Of a DNA stretch of 64,000 bases, positions 29,223 through 38,776 are shown piece after piece. Source of the stretch: Archangium sp. (GTDB lineage: Bacteria > Myxococcota > Myxococcia > Myxococcales > Myxococcaceae); NCBI RefSeq assembly GCF_045802675.1, contig NZ_JBJMQO010000130.1:22550-86549 (forward strand), read 5' to 3'. The stretch's first letter is position 1. Each line of letters begins with the position of its first letter. Below the pieces are notes generated by a model. The model saw only the letters and a program-made list of their open reading frames with translations, searched no databases and was not told the origin of the DNA. The translations under genes were made by a program, and so were the position numbers.

Positions 29223-29852
29223 ATGGATAGCCTGGACACGCGCCTGGAGCGGCTGGAGCGCCGCTGCCGCCGCCTGCAGTCCGTCACGTTCGCCGCGCTC
29301 GCGCTCGGGGTGCTGGGGGTGGGGGTGGCCGTGCTGCGCCCGGGCACGCCCGCGGAGGGTGGGGAGCTGGTGGCCTCGCGGTTGACCCTGCGGGACGCGA
29401 AGGGCCGCACCCGCGCCACGCTCTCCGCCACGGAAGGGGGCGAGGGCGGCCTGGTGCTGCACGACACCGAGGGCCGGCCCCGGGCCCTGCTGGGCGTGGA
29501 CTCCAGCGGCTCGCCCCGGCTGCGCTTCGCCACCGCCCAGGGTGCCATGCTCGCGGAGCTCACCGTGTACGCGAACGAGGCCCCGCGCCTGGTGCTCGGC
29601 AACAACGGCGGCACCGAGTTCTTCACCGTGGCGATGATGGCGGATGGCTCCTCGCGCCTGGAGCTCGCGGACGGGGACGGGCGCCCGCGGGCCATCCTCG
29701 GCGCCGACGAGCACGGCTCGCCCGGGCTGCTGTTGGTGGATCGCCTGGGCCAGCCCCGGGCCACCCTGCGCGTGACGCCCAAGAACGACGCGAGCCTCGT
29801 GCTCGAGGGCCACGACGGCGAGGTGTTCCGGGCCCCGTCCTCCGTGCAGTAG
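29223..29852 (+). CDS. Membrane-anchored protein with ~23-aa beta repeats
   Basis: Coiled N-terminus and TM, then repeats of type L.L.D..GR.RA.L. Confidence 0.7.
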   Translation: MDSLDTRLERLERRCRRLQSVTFAALALGVLGVGVAVLRPGTPAEGGELVASRLTLRDAKGRTRATLSATEGGEGGLVLHDTEGRPRALLGVDSSGSPRLRFATAQGAMLAELTVYANEAPRLVLGNNGGTEFFTVAMMADGSSRLELADGDGRPRAILGADEHGSPGLLLVDRLGQPRATLRVTPKNDASLVLEGHDGEVFRAPSSVQ

Positions 29853-29915
29853 GGGCGGGTAGGGCCTCGCGCACTCGCAGGTGCTCGCGCTGGACCGCTG
29901 AGTGTCCGGCGCGGC

Positions 29916-30680
29916 TCAGCGCGGCTGGCGCACGCCCACCTGCCGGCACATGGACAGCACGGGGCACGTGGAGCACTTCGGCGCCGTACCCGTGCACACG
30001 TGCTTGCCGAAGGGCACCAGCAGCCGGTTGAGCTCCACCCAGTGCTCGCGGGGAAGCTTTTCCTCCAGCGCGGCCAGTGTCTGCTCGGGCGTGCGCGCCC
30101 GCACGTAGCCCCAGCGGTTCGTCACCCGGTGCACGTGGATGTCCACGCTGATGCGCTCCTGCCCGCAGGCGACGCCCAGCGCCAGGTGCGCGCACTTGGG
30201 CCCCACGCCCTTGAAGGACTGGAGCACCTGCGCGTCGGCCGGCAGCTCGCCGCCGAGCTCCTCCACCGTCCGCACCGCGAGCGCGTGGAGCGTGCGCGCC
30301 TTGGGCTCGTGGAACGTCACCGGGCGGATGAGCGCGTCGATGCGCTCGGGGCCCAGCGCGCGCAGGGCCTCGGGTGTACGGGCCCGCGTGAGCAGCCGCA
30401 GCGCCACCGGCAGCGTCACCTCATCGCGCGTGCGGATGGACAGGATGCAGCCCACCAGTTGCTCGAAGAGGCTCGCGTGGCCCCGCTCCGCCAGCTCGAA
30501 CATGGCGGCGTCCGCGAAACCCCGGATGGACTCGCGCACCCGCGCCAGCACCCTGTCGATCTCGAAGGGTTCCTTGTCCGCGCGGGGAGGCGCTTCCGGG
30601 GCCTCGCGGGCCGTCCGTCCGCTCCGGCTCGCCGGAGCCCGGAGACTACTGGGAGCCCGCCTTGGAACTACCCGGGGCAT
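29916..30680 (-). CDS. nth: Endonuclease III family DNA glycosylase
   Basis: FEQLVGCILS.RT, HhH KGVGPKCA, VDIHVHR, C-x6-C-x2-C-x5-C FeS motif; start uncertain. Confidence 0.9.
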   Translation of the reverse strand: MPRVVPRRAPSSLRAPASRSGRTAREAPEAPPRADKEPFEIDRVLARVRESIRGFADAAMFELAERGHASLFEQLVGCILSIRTRDEVTLPVALRLLTRARTPEALRALGPERIDALIRPVTFHEPKARTLHALAVRTVEELGGELPADAQVLQSFKGVGPKCAHLALGVACGQERISVDIHVHRVTNRWGYVRARTPEQTLAALEEKLPREHWVELNRLLVPFGKHVCTGTAPKCSTCPVLSMCRQVGVRQPR

Positions 30681-30879
30681 GAACCTTTCTCGCGTCTTCC
30701 TTGCCGCCCTTGTTCGGGCCACCGTGCGTGCCGAACTCGCCCGCGTTGCGCTGCTTGGGATACTCCTCGTCGTCCCGGCGCTCGCGGCCCTGGCCCGAGA
30801 CGTCACCCGAGTCGACCTTCGGGTGCAGCTTCTCCTTGTCATCGGCCTGCACGTTCTTCCTGTCCTGGTCCTGTGCCAT
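30646..30879 (-). CDS. Small hydrophilic (hydrophilin-like) protein
   Basis: GGAGGT RBS; 77 aa rich in D/E/K/G. Confidence 0.6.
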   Translation of the reverse strand: MAQDQDRKNVQADDKEKLHPKVDSGDVSGQGRERRDDEEYPKQRNAGEFGTHGGPNKGGKEDARKVHAPGSSKAGSQ

Positions 30880-31030
30880 TCGGGCACCTCCCTTTCCCGG
30901 AGAAGATGGGGATGACCGGGGGGAGTTGGCTCCTGGACTCTGCCGCTCCGAGGGGCGGGCAGGCGGACGGACGGTGGAAGTGCCGCTCGCCATACCTGGG
31001 ATTGGCGATTCGGTGTCCCGGTGCTCGGCG

Positions 31031-31642
31031 ATGTCTACCTTTATTCCCATGAGCAATGGAGAGCGGGCGTTCGTCCAAGAAGGAGACCGGGTACTCATCC
31101 GGCAGCTGGAGGAGCGTTTCCGGTGGTTGACCGAGCTGCTCTACGACACCCGCGTGCCCTCCCACGTCCTGGATGAGGAACTCCTGCCGTACCTGGCCGA
31201 GCACGTCCGCTTCACGGACCCCTGGCAGCAGGGCGAGGGCCGAGAGACGTATCGGCGCGGCGCGGCGGGCTTCCACTGCATGTTCTCCTTCGACTTCGAC
31301 ATCTTCCAGCTCAACGTCCAGCTGGAGGAGGGCGGCACCGGGGGCCGCGCCATCGTCGACGGGGTGATGAACCTCAAGCAGTTCAGCTGGCTCTACACCT
31401 ATCCACTCCGGACCATCCTCGTCTACGACTTCACCCTCGTGAGCTCCGCCGTGTCGGGTGGGGACGTGAAGCCGCTCGTGCATGCCCACGAGGAGATGTG
31501 GAGCCTGGGCGACATGATCGCCGCCGTTCCCGGGGTGGGCCGCCTCTACACGAGCGTCTTCCGCAAGGGCTTCAGCCACGGCTTCCTCGCGGCGTCCGCG
31601 CTCTGCCGCCGCTTGCGGGGTGCCTCGGCGACCCGGGGTTGA
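31031..31642 (+). CDS. SnoaL/NTF2-like fold protein
   Basis: VRFTDPW and HEEMWS motifs. Confidence 0.65.
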   Translation: MSTFIPMSNGERAFVQEGDRVLIRQLEERFRWLTELLYDTRVPSHVLDEELLPYLAEHVRFTDPWQQGEGRETYRRGAAGFHCMFSFDFDIFQLNVQLEEGGTGGRAIVDGVMNLKQFSWLYTYPLRTILVYDFTLVSSAVSGGDVKPLVHAHEEMWSLGDMIAAVPGVGRLYTSVFRKGFSHGFLAASALCRRLRGASATRG

Positions 31643-31653
31643 GGTGTCTCAGC

Positions 31654-32145
31654 TCACAGGTCGAGCGCGAACCAGCGGTCGCAGCCGAAGTGGCCGGTGG
31701 CCCCCATGGGGCGCGGCAGCGGCTGGAAGCCCAGGCGGCGGTAGAGCTTCTGCGCCTGCTCCATCCCCGCGAGCGTCTCCAGGTAGCAGATGCGGTAGCC
31801 CGCCTCGCGTGCGAAGGCCAGGCACTGGCGCAGCATGCGCTCGCCCGCGCCGCGTCCGCGCGCCTCGGGGAGGAAGTACATCTTCCGCAGCTCGCACACG
31901 CCCGGCACGTCTCCGTCCAGCGGCGCGATGCCGCCTCCGCCCACCACCCGGCCCGTCTCGTCCTCCACCACCCAGTAGGCCCGGCCCGGGCGCGAGTAGG
32001 CCGCGCTCATGCCATTCACCTCGGGGTCATGGATGGCGAACCCCGGCCCGTCCGCTCCGAACTCCGGCATCACCTCGCGGATGATCGCCGCCACCGCCGC
32101 GTCGTCCCGCGGCTCGATGGGGCGCAGCTTCAGTTCCGTGCTCAT
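31654..32145 (-). CDS. GNAT family N-acetyltransferase
   Basis: ELRKMYFLPEARGRG, YLET, A.KLYRRLGF motifs. Confidence 0.9.
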   Translation of the reverse strand: MSTELKLRPIEPRDDAAVAAIIREVMPEFGADGPGFAIHDPEVNGMSAAYSRPGRAYWVVEDETGRVVGGGGIAPLDGDVPGVCELRKMYFLPEARGRGAGERMLRQCLAFAREAGYRICYLETLAGMEQAQKLYRRLGFQPLPRPMGATGHFGCDRWFALDL

Positions 32146-32356
32146 GGTGGCGGCACGGTTCCACAGCGGCCGCCTCGAGGCCAGTGCTGTCTCGGACGGC
32201 GCGCGGGCCCATACGGGGAGTGACACCGGCGCGAGCGCGTGTAGGGGAGGAGACAGGGCCGCATGGCCCGCTGCGTCAGCGTCGCGGTGTGGTGGATTTC
32301 CCCGCCGGGGAGCCCCTATACACCCGCCCGGGAAGTCCCTCCCGGAGACATCGCAC

Positions 32357-33421
32357 ATGGCCAACAAGGTCAAGGCAGTCCTCATCGGCGGTACCGGTTA
32401 CGGCGGAGCGGAAATCCTCCGCCGGCTCCTCTTCCACCCGAACGTGGAGGTGGTGCGCATCACCGCGGTGGACAACATCGGCAAGAAGGTGGGCGACGTC
32501 CACTTCAACCTCGCCGGGCTCACCGAGCTCACCTTCCAGGAGATGCCCCCCGCCCAGGCCGTGGCCGGCGCGGACGTGGTGTTCCTGGCCATGCCCCACA
32601 AGACCACCGCCAAGGTGGTGATGGACATCATCGACTCGGGCGTGCGCATCGTGGACCTGTCGGGCGACTTCCGCCTGCGCGACGCGGCCTCGTACGCGAA
32701 GTACTACGGCGTGGACCACCCGGCGCCGCAGATGCTCACCGACGGCACCTTCACCTACGGCATGCCCGAGCTCAACCGCGAGGCCATCCGCAAGGCGCGC
32801 TACCTCGCCAGCCCCGGCTGCTTCGCCACCACCATCGCGCTCGGCCTGATGCCGCTGGCGAAGGCGGGCCTGCTCACCGGCCCCATCCACACCGTGGCCG
32901 CCACGGGCTCCTCGGGCAGCGGCGCCAATCCGCAGATTACGACGCACCACCCGCTGCGCGCGGCGAACCTGCGCACGTACAAGCCGCTCGAGCACCAGCA
33001 CATCCCGGAGATCCTCCAGACGCTGCGCCACGCGGGCGGCAAGGAGGACATGTCGCTGGAGTTCGTGCCGGTGTCGGCGCCGCTGCCGCGCGGCATCTTC
33101 TCCACCTCGTTCGCCGAGGTGCCCGCCTCCGTCACGCAGGAGCAGCTCACCGCGGCGTGGAAGAGCGCCTACGGCAGTGAGCCCTTCATCCGGGTTGTCG
33201 GCGGCGGCCGCCAGCCCGAGGTGGTGGGGGTGTCCGGCAGCAACTACGTGGAGGTGGGCTTCACGCTCGGCCCGGTGACGGGCAACACGCGGCGCGTGGT
33301 GTGCTTCTCCGCGCTCGACAACCTGGTGAAGGGTGGCGCGGGCCAGTCCATCCAGAGCTTCAACCTGATGATGGGCTGGGACGAGCGCCTCACCCTCGCC
33401 GAGCCGGGGCTGTGGCCGTGA
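32357..33421 (+). CDS. argC: N-acetyl-gamma-glutamyl-phosphate reductase
   Basis: GGTGYGG, DLSGDFRL, PGCFAT, LDNLVKGGAGQ motifs. Confidence 0.93.
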   Translation: MANKVKAVLIGGTGYGGAEILRRLLFHPNVEVVRITAVDNIGKKVGDVHFNLAGLTELTFQEMPPAQAVAGADVVFLAMPHKTTAKVVMDIIDSGVRIVDLSGDFRLRDAASYAKYYGVDHPAPQMLTDGTFTYGMPELNREAIRKARYLASPGCFATTIALGLMPLAKAGLLTGPIHTVAATGSSGSGANPQITTHHPLRAANLRTYKPLEHQHIPEILQTLRHAGGKEDMSLEFVPVSAPLPRGIFSTSFAEVPASVTQEQLTAAWKSAYGSEPFIRVVGGGRQPEVVGVSGSNYVEVGFTLGPVTGNTRRVVCFSALDNLVKGGAGQSIQSFNLMMGWDERLTLAEPGLWP

Positions 33422-34266
33422 GCGGGCTCTCGGACTTCCGAGGGCGCTGGTTCGTCGTGAAGATTGGCGGCGAGCTGGCCATGGACAGGCCGAAGCTGGC
33501 CGCCAGCGTGGGCGCCGCCGTGCGCGCCTTCCTCGACGCGGGTATCCGCGTGGCCGTCATCCACGGCGGCGGGCCCCAGGCCACGGAGCTGCAGAAGAAG
33601 CTCGGCCTGCAGCCGAAGATGGTGGCGGGCCGGCGCTACACCGACGAGGCCACCCTCGAGGTGATGAAGATGACGCTCGCGGGCCAGGTGTCCGTGGACG
33701 TGGCCTCGGCCTTCCGCATCGCGGGCGTGCCCGCGCTGTGCACCACCGGCATGTCCGCCGGGCTCATCGAGGCGAAGCGCCGGCCGCCGAAGGTCATGAG
33801 CGGCGCGGGACCGGATCCGGTGGACCTCGGACTGGTGGGCGACGTCACCGGCGTGAACACCGAGGCCTTTCAGCGGATCGCCGACGCGGGCTTCGTGCCG
33901 GTGCTCGGCTCGCTGTCGGGAGATGGCCAGGGCAACGTGTTCAACATCAACGCGGACACGGTGGCCACGCGCGTGGCGGCGAAGCTGGGGGCGGCCAAGC
34001 TGTTCCTCGTGTCCAACGTGCCCGGCGTGCTCGCGAACAAGGACGACCCGTCCACGCGCCTGCCCACGCTGACGCCCGCCGAGGCCCGCGCGAAGATCGC
34101 CTCCGGCGTCATCCAGGGAGGGATGATTCCCAAGGTGGAGGAGAGCCTGGAGATGCTCGAGGAGGGCATCGAGGCCATCCACATCGTGGGCATCTCGCCC
34201 AACGACGCGGTGCTGCGCGAGGCCGAGAAGGCCGGCAGCCACGGCACCGCGTTCCTGCGCGGCTGA
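33418..34266 (+). CDS. argB: Acetylglutamate kinase
   Basis: VVKIGG, HGGG, NINAD, GGMIPK motifs; GTGA overlap with argC. Confidence 0.92.
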   Translation: MSGLSDFRGRWFVVKIGGELAMDRPKLAASVGAAVRAFLDAGIRVAVIHGGGPQATELQKKLGLQPKMVAGRRYTDEATLEVMKMTLAGQVSVDVASAFRIAGVPALCTTGMSAGLIEAKRRPPKVMSGAGPDPVDLGLVGDVTGVNTEAFQRIADAGFVPVLGSLSGDGQGNVFNINADTVATRVAAKLGAAKLFLVSNVPGVLANKDDPSTRLPTLTPAEARAKIASGVIQGGMIPKVEESLEMLEEGIEAIHIVGISPNDAVLREAEKAGSHGTAFLRG

Positions 34267-34333
34267 TAGGCTTCACCCGCCTGTGCCCCGAGTGCGAAGG
34301 AAGCACCGGGGCGCGGGCGTGTGCTTCTGGTGG

Positions 34334-37300
34334 CTACCCCGAGGTGGTGGGGGGCGGGTTCAATTGGCTCAGCAGCTGGTCGATACGTGGCAGCAACTGG
34401 TTCCGCTGCTCGGACGTCAGCCGTGAGGTTGCCGCGAGTTGCTTGAGCATGTGCTTCGCGCGTTCGAGCAGCGCCCGAGCGCGCGAACGTTCATCCGGTG
34501 TTCCTGGCAGGAGCAGCTCGGCGAACTCCACGCTGGCTTCGATCAAGGTCTTCCGCCACTCGAGATGTTCGGGGTCCTTCGACGTCAGCTCCTCCGCGAG
34601 CTTCAGGCTTGTTTCGAGAGCCTTTCGTGCTTCTCCCCATTCTCGCCGGGCCATCAGCACGCGCCCCACGTTGAGCTGGCCAATCGAGACGTCGTACCAC
34701 CACATGATGTAATCGGGCTCTCTGTTCGCCGCGTCCTCGGAGATAGCCAGGCTTCTCTTGAAGGCATTCAACGCCGCGTCCAGATCCCCCTGGGCGTTCA
34801 GGAAATGTCCCAGCTTCTCCAGGCAGATCGAGACATCTCGTAGCCAGTCCACGTTCCCCGGATCCGCCTGTAGCAGCGCATCGAGGATGGACAGACTTTC
34901 CTGATAGGTCTTCAGCGCCGTGTCCAGTTCCCCCTGCGCCTTCAGTACGTCTCCCAGGTTCTCCAGGCTCACCGACAAGTCCCGCTGCCTCAATGGGCTT
35001 CCGGGCTGCTTGCGTACCAACTCCCTCGCGGTGCTCAGGCTTCGCTCGTAGGCCTTCCGAGCCTCGACCCAGTCTTCCTTGTCCTTCAACACGTCTCCCA
35101 GCTTGGTCTGTCCCACCCAAACATCGCGCTGCCGCATGATGTTCTGGGGCTCCTTCGGCGCCAGTTCCTCGGCGATGGCGAGGCTTTGCGCATAGACCTT
35201 CCAGGCTTCATCCAAGGCGCCCTGCTGCCGCAGCACATCTCCCAGCCTGTTCAATCCCACGGAGGCGTCCCGCTGGGGAGAGACACCGTCGGGAACCTTG
35301 TCTGTCCAGGCGGCGGCGAAATCCACCACGGCTTGGTAGAAGCGAGACGCATCCCTCAAGCTCCCGCGGGAGAAGTACAGATCGCCCAGGCCCAGTCCCA
35401 ATTTGTATCGGCCATAGGTCCTGAGTCCGTGGGTTGTTCTCCAGAGCTCATCCGCATGGGAGGCCCGCTCTCCCGTGAGCCGTTCCCATTGGGGGTGCGG
35501 GTCCTTTCCCAGAACCAACGGGAAATCGCCAGGATGAGCAGGGAAGAGCCGCGCGATTGCTTCGATTAGGAGCCGCTGCACCTGCTCGCGTTCACTCTCC
35601 ATCATGCTCCAGCGGGTGTAGTCGGCGACGAGCGGGTGGATCCTCACGTCACTCGTACACCCCTGTTCATCACGAACCGGGTCGAGCAGTGACAGGTCCT
35701 TCTCCAGTCGCGCCAGGGCTCGGCCGAGCTCTTCCATGTCGACGTCGACGTCGAGGCTCTCTCGTTTCAGCAGGCGCTGAAGGAGCTTCCGGTCGATGGG
35801 GACGTTGGGTGCCAGGAACGCCGCCATCCGCAACGAGCGCCACGCCAGCGCATCGACCGGCATGTCCAGGTCGAGTTGCCGCCGGCTCAACTCATAGGTG
35901 GCGACGATCGAACGCTCATGGTCCCTGACGGTGTATCCCACCTCCTTCGCCGCCGCTTCGAGCCGATCCGTCAATCCCTTCCGGCTCACCGCGTCCCGAT
36001 ACTCCGCGAAGGAGAGCCCCAGCCGGCGCACATAGGCGCCCGCGAGGGAGAGCGCCAGCGGGTGTCCTCCCAGGATGCGCACGGCGATGTCCCTGGCCAC
36101 GGGCAGCTCGTCGTGGGTGAGGGTCAGACGCCCCGCCTTGTCGGTCAGGAGCTCCAGCGCCGCGGTGTCCTCAAGTTGCTTGATCTCGAGCCCCTGGGCC
36201 CCTGGGAATTCACGCATCCGGGTCGTGATGAGGAGGCTCACGTGCTCGGGCGGAGGGGGCCAGAGGACGACTCCCCGCTGGATCTGCCTGTCGAACCGCG
36301 TCATGAGCTCTTCGGGAGCGCGGGCCTGGATGTCATCGAGGACGAGGAGGCGCCGGCCCGGCTTCGGCTCCGCGAGCCATTTCGCGAAACGGAGGGCCGC
36401 CTCCTCATCCTGGAGCTCCGACGCATCCGGGAAGAACTGGCGGGCGAGCTGGGCCCAGATGGCTCCGGGGGCGTGCTCCTCGGCCACCACGAAGAAGACT
36501 CCACCCGGGTAGTCCTGGCGATGACGCCATGCATACTCGATGGCGAGGCGTGACTTCCCGATGCCTCCACTTCCATGGGCGAAGACCCGTCCCGCCCACA
36601 CGCCTGTCAGCACGACGCCTCCAGAGCCGCGAAGCGACTTGTGCAGCCGTTCCAGGTCTTCCGCTCGCCCCTTGAAGCCCTCTCCCAGGCTTTCACTCGG
36701 CACGCCGATGAAGGGCTCCCCCGCCGTGGGCTTCGCCTCGGGTGGCGTGCCCGCGGGAGCCGGAGGGCTCGCTTCAGGGCTCCCGGGTGCATCGAAGTAC
36801 CCCTCGGGCCAGATGGGCCAGCGCGTCTGGTCCAACTCGCTCCGGGAGCGCAGGGGGCCGCATTTCTCCCAGACACCCCGGAACCCCGTTTCGAGCGCTC
36901 CCGGGCGAGGCCCATGGCGGCAGACAACGTGGTCGAACAGTTCGGGCTCCCCGGTGTTGAACGTGACCTGGTACTGCTCTCCGGCCCGGATGTGCTTGAA
37001 CTCGCCAGCCCGATACCCAACGCCCCACGGTTGGGAGAGCAGGCGCGAGACCAGGAAGCGGTTGAGGATGGAGGCATCGAGCGTCAAGGGAGACGCCTCG
37101 AGCCCGTTGAGCACGGCCTCCGTGTCCGCGCGCAGCCGCTTCTCGAGCGCGCTGTCGACCCCGGCGGGGACCTGGAGCTTCCTGTACCGCTTCTCCAGGA
37201 ACTCCGACGATCCTTCTCCCCGGGCCCGCCGTGCGAGGGCCTCCTGCTCGATGGACAGCAACTCCTGTTTGACGGTGTCGAGCCCGGGAGCGCTCAGCAA

Positions 37301-38068
37301 CTCCTCGACGAGCTTCTCATGGCGGAAGTCGCTCAGCTTGACCCGGAGGAGGTCCACCAAGCCGCCATCTCCGCAGCCAGAGATGAGATACCGGAGCTTG
37401 CCGCCCCGGCGATGCGGTTGGTGCAGCCGGTCATCATCCCAGTACGACAGCCACTCGATTCCCTCGACCTCGCGCTCGAGCCCGAAGCCCACGGCGAGCA
37501 CCACGGCATCGAACTCGTCCGGGACGTAGGCAGATGCGGTGTTCCACGCGACACGGCGTGGCGTGCCCTTCGCCGGGGGGAGGTCCACGGAGCGGACACC
37601 GCAGACGACCCGGAGGCGGGAGCGCTCGGGCAACCGGTCCCACTCCGCGTCGAGCTGACGGGCGACCTCCCCCGCCAGTGCGGCCCTCCAGGAGAGCAAT
37701 GGCAGACCGGCCTCATCGGACAGGGACTCATCCTCCGGCCAGTCGTAGATGTGGGGATGCAGCCAGCGGGTGTGGTTGCCGCGAAACAGGGGGAGCAGTT
37801 GTGCCTGCTTCTCCAACAGCGTCACTGCGCACCCGAGCCGGGCCGCCGCGGCCGCGAGCGTCATTCCCGCGGCCCCACCTCCAATCACGGCCACGTGGCT
37901 GTCCTGCCGGATGCGTCCCGTCTCGCGGAGCGCATGGACGAGGTTGAGCGCACGCACCTGCTGCGAGCGCAGGGTCACCCGCCGCTCGAAGCACCCGAGC
38001 ACGTAGAGCCCGGGCTCCTCGGGCACCTGCATGTGACGAATGACATCCGCGACACCGATGCTGCGCAT
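34334..38068 (-). CDS. FAD/NAD(P)-binding domain + STAND (NB-ARC-like) NTPase + TPR protein
   Basis: GGGAAG Rossmann motif; Walker A GSGGIGKS; Walker B LLVLDD; GHPLAL; C-terminal repeats RD.SV.L..LGDVL..QG.LD.A. Confidence 0.85.
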   Translation of the reverse strand: MRSIGVADVIRHMQVPEEPGLYVLGCFERRVTLRSQQVRALNLVHALRETGRIRQDSHVAVIGGGAAGMTLAAAAARLGCAVTLLEKQAQLLPLFRGNHTRWLHPHIYDWPEDESLSDEAGLPLLSWRAALAGEVARQLDAEWDRLPERSRLRVVCGVRSVDLPPAKGTPRRVAWNTASAYVPDEFDAVVLAVGFGLEREVEGIEWLSYWDDDRLHQPHRRGGKLRYLISGCGDGGLVDLLRVKLSDFRHEKLVEELLSAPGLDTVKQELLSIEQEALARRARGEGSSEFLEKRYRKLQVPAGVDSALEKRLRADTEAVLNGLEASPLTLDASILNRFLVSRLLSQPWGVGYRAGEFKHIRAGEQYQVTFNTGEPELFDHVVCRHGPRPGALETGFRGVWEKCGPLRSRSELDQTRWPIWPEGYFDAPGSPEASPPAPAGTPPEAKPTAGEPFIGVPSESLGEGFKGRAEDLERLHKSLRGSGGVVLTGVWAGRVFAHGSGGIGKSRLAIEYAWRHRQDYPGGVFFVVAEEHAPGAIWAQLARQFFPDASELQDEEAALRFAKWLAEPKPGRRLLVLDDIQARAPEELMTRFDRQIQRGVVLWPPPPEHVSLLITTRMREFPGAQGLEIKQLEDTAALELLTDKAGRLTLTHDELPVARDIAVRILGGHPLALSLAGAYVRRLGLSFAEYRDAVSRKGLTDRLEAAAKEVGYTVRDHERSIVATYELSRRQLDLDMPVDALAWRSLRMAAFLAPNVPIDRKLLQRLLKRESLDVDVDMEELGRALARLEKDLSLLDPVRDEQGCTSDVRIHPLVADYTRWSMMESEREQVQRLLIEAIARLFPAHPGDFPLVLGKDPHPQWERLTGERASHADELWRTTHGLRTYGRYKLGLGLGDLYFSRGSLRDASRFYQAVVDFAAAWTDKVPDGVSPQRDASVGLNRLGDVLRQQGALDEAWKVYAQSLAIAEELAPKEPQNIMRQRDVWVGQTKLGDVLKDKEDWVEARKAYERSLSTARELVRKQPGSPLRQRDLSVSLENLGDVLKAQGELDTALKTYQESLSILDALLQADPGNVDWLRDVSICLEKLGHFLNAQGDLDAALNAFKRSLAISEDAANREPDYIMWWYDVSIGQLNVGRVLMARREWGEARKALETSLKLAEELTSKDPEHLEWRKTLIEASVEFAELLLPGTPDERSRARALLERAKHMLKQLAATSRLTSEQRNQLLPRIDQLLSQLNPPPTTSG

Positions 38069-38360
38069 CCACGCCCTCCTCGGTCCTCGGCAACACAGCT
38101 GCCGGGAGCCTCTCCATTCAAGGGGATGATACGCCTACGGACGAAGCACCCCATCTCCGCAAGGGTGGAGACCGGGCAACCCGTCGCGATGGGTAGACCA
38201 TCCGTCAAATGCGCTCGGGTCTGGATTGTCGTCGTGAGAGCGCCTGGGTATCTTGATTCTGGGAGTCAGGTGCTCGTTGTTCCTCAACCGGTCTATGGGT
38301 GACGACCGGCGAACCGGGTAGGACGGTCGGGATTTTCTCTTCGTTTGGGTCTACCGGAAC

Positions 38361-38425
38361 GTGACCTACGAACGAGGGAGCTCTTCAAGGCTCCAAGTCC
38401 CGGTTGAATCCCCTGGGAGTCACGA
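38361..38425 (+). pseudogene. Possible degenerate tRNA-Glu(TTC) remnant
   Basis: GGAGC-TCTTCAAG-GCTCC anticodon-like stem-loop, then GGTTGAATCCC (T-loop lacking C) and GGGAGTCACGA; no intact D arm. Confidence 0.35.
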
Positions 38426-38776
38426 CAGGCCCCCCTCCTCCCACGCACGTACCGCGTGGGCCACACGTATCCGGGAGCCGTCATGTCATCGCGTCACCGT
38501 CATTGTTACTCGAGCGAGCCTTCGCTCGAATCCGTCCTTCCCAAGCCAGTGGAGCAGCCGTCGGCTGCCGGGTCTCCCGCTGCTTCACGGCGCCTGGCTC
38601 GCGGACGCATCCGCCACCTGGGCGGCATGTGGAGGCGCATGCTGCGCGCTTCCTCGCGCTGGTTCGGGCACCCGCGTCCATCGCGGAGCCGGAAGTAGCG
38701 CACCCTCGGCATACACGGGCCCTCCACTTCGTTGGAGGGTCCGCTGTCCTCATCACCCCTTACGGGAGAACCGAAG

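Noticed and set aside
38361-38425. Intact functional tRNA
   Set aside because: The D arm is missing, the T loop lacks TTCG and the anticodon loop has the wrong size; kept only as a possible relic.
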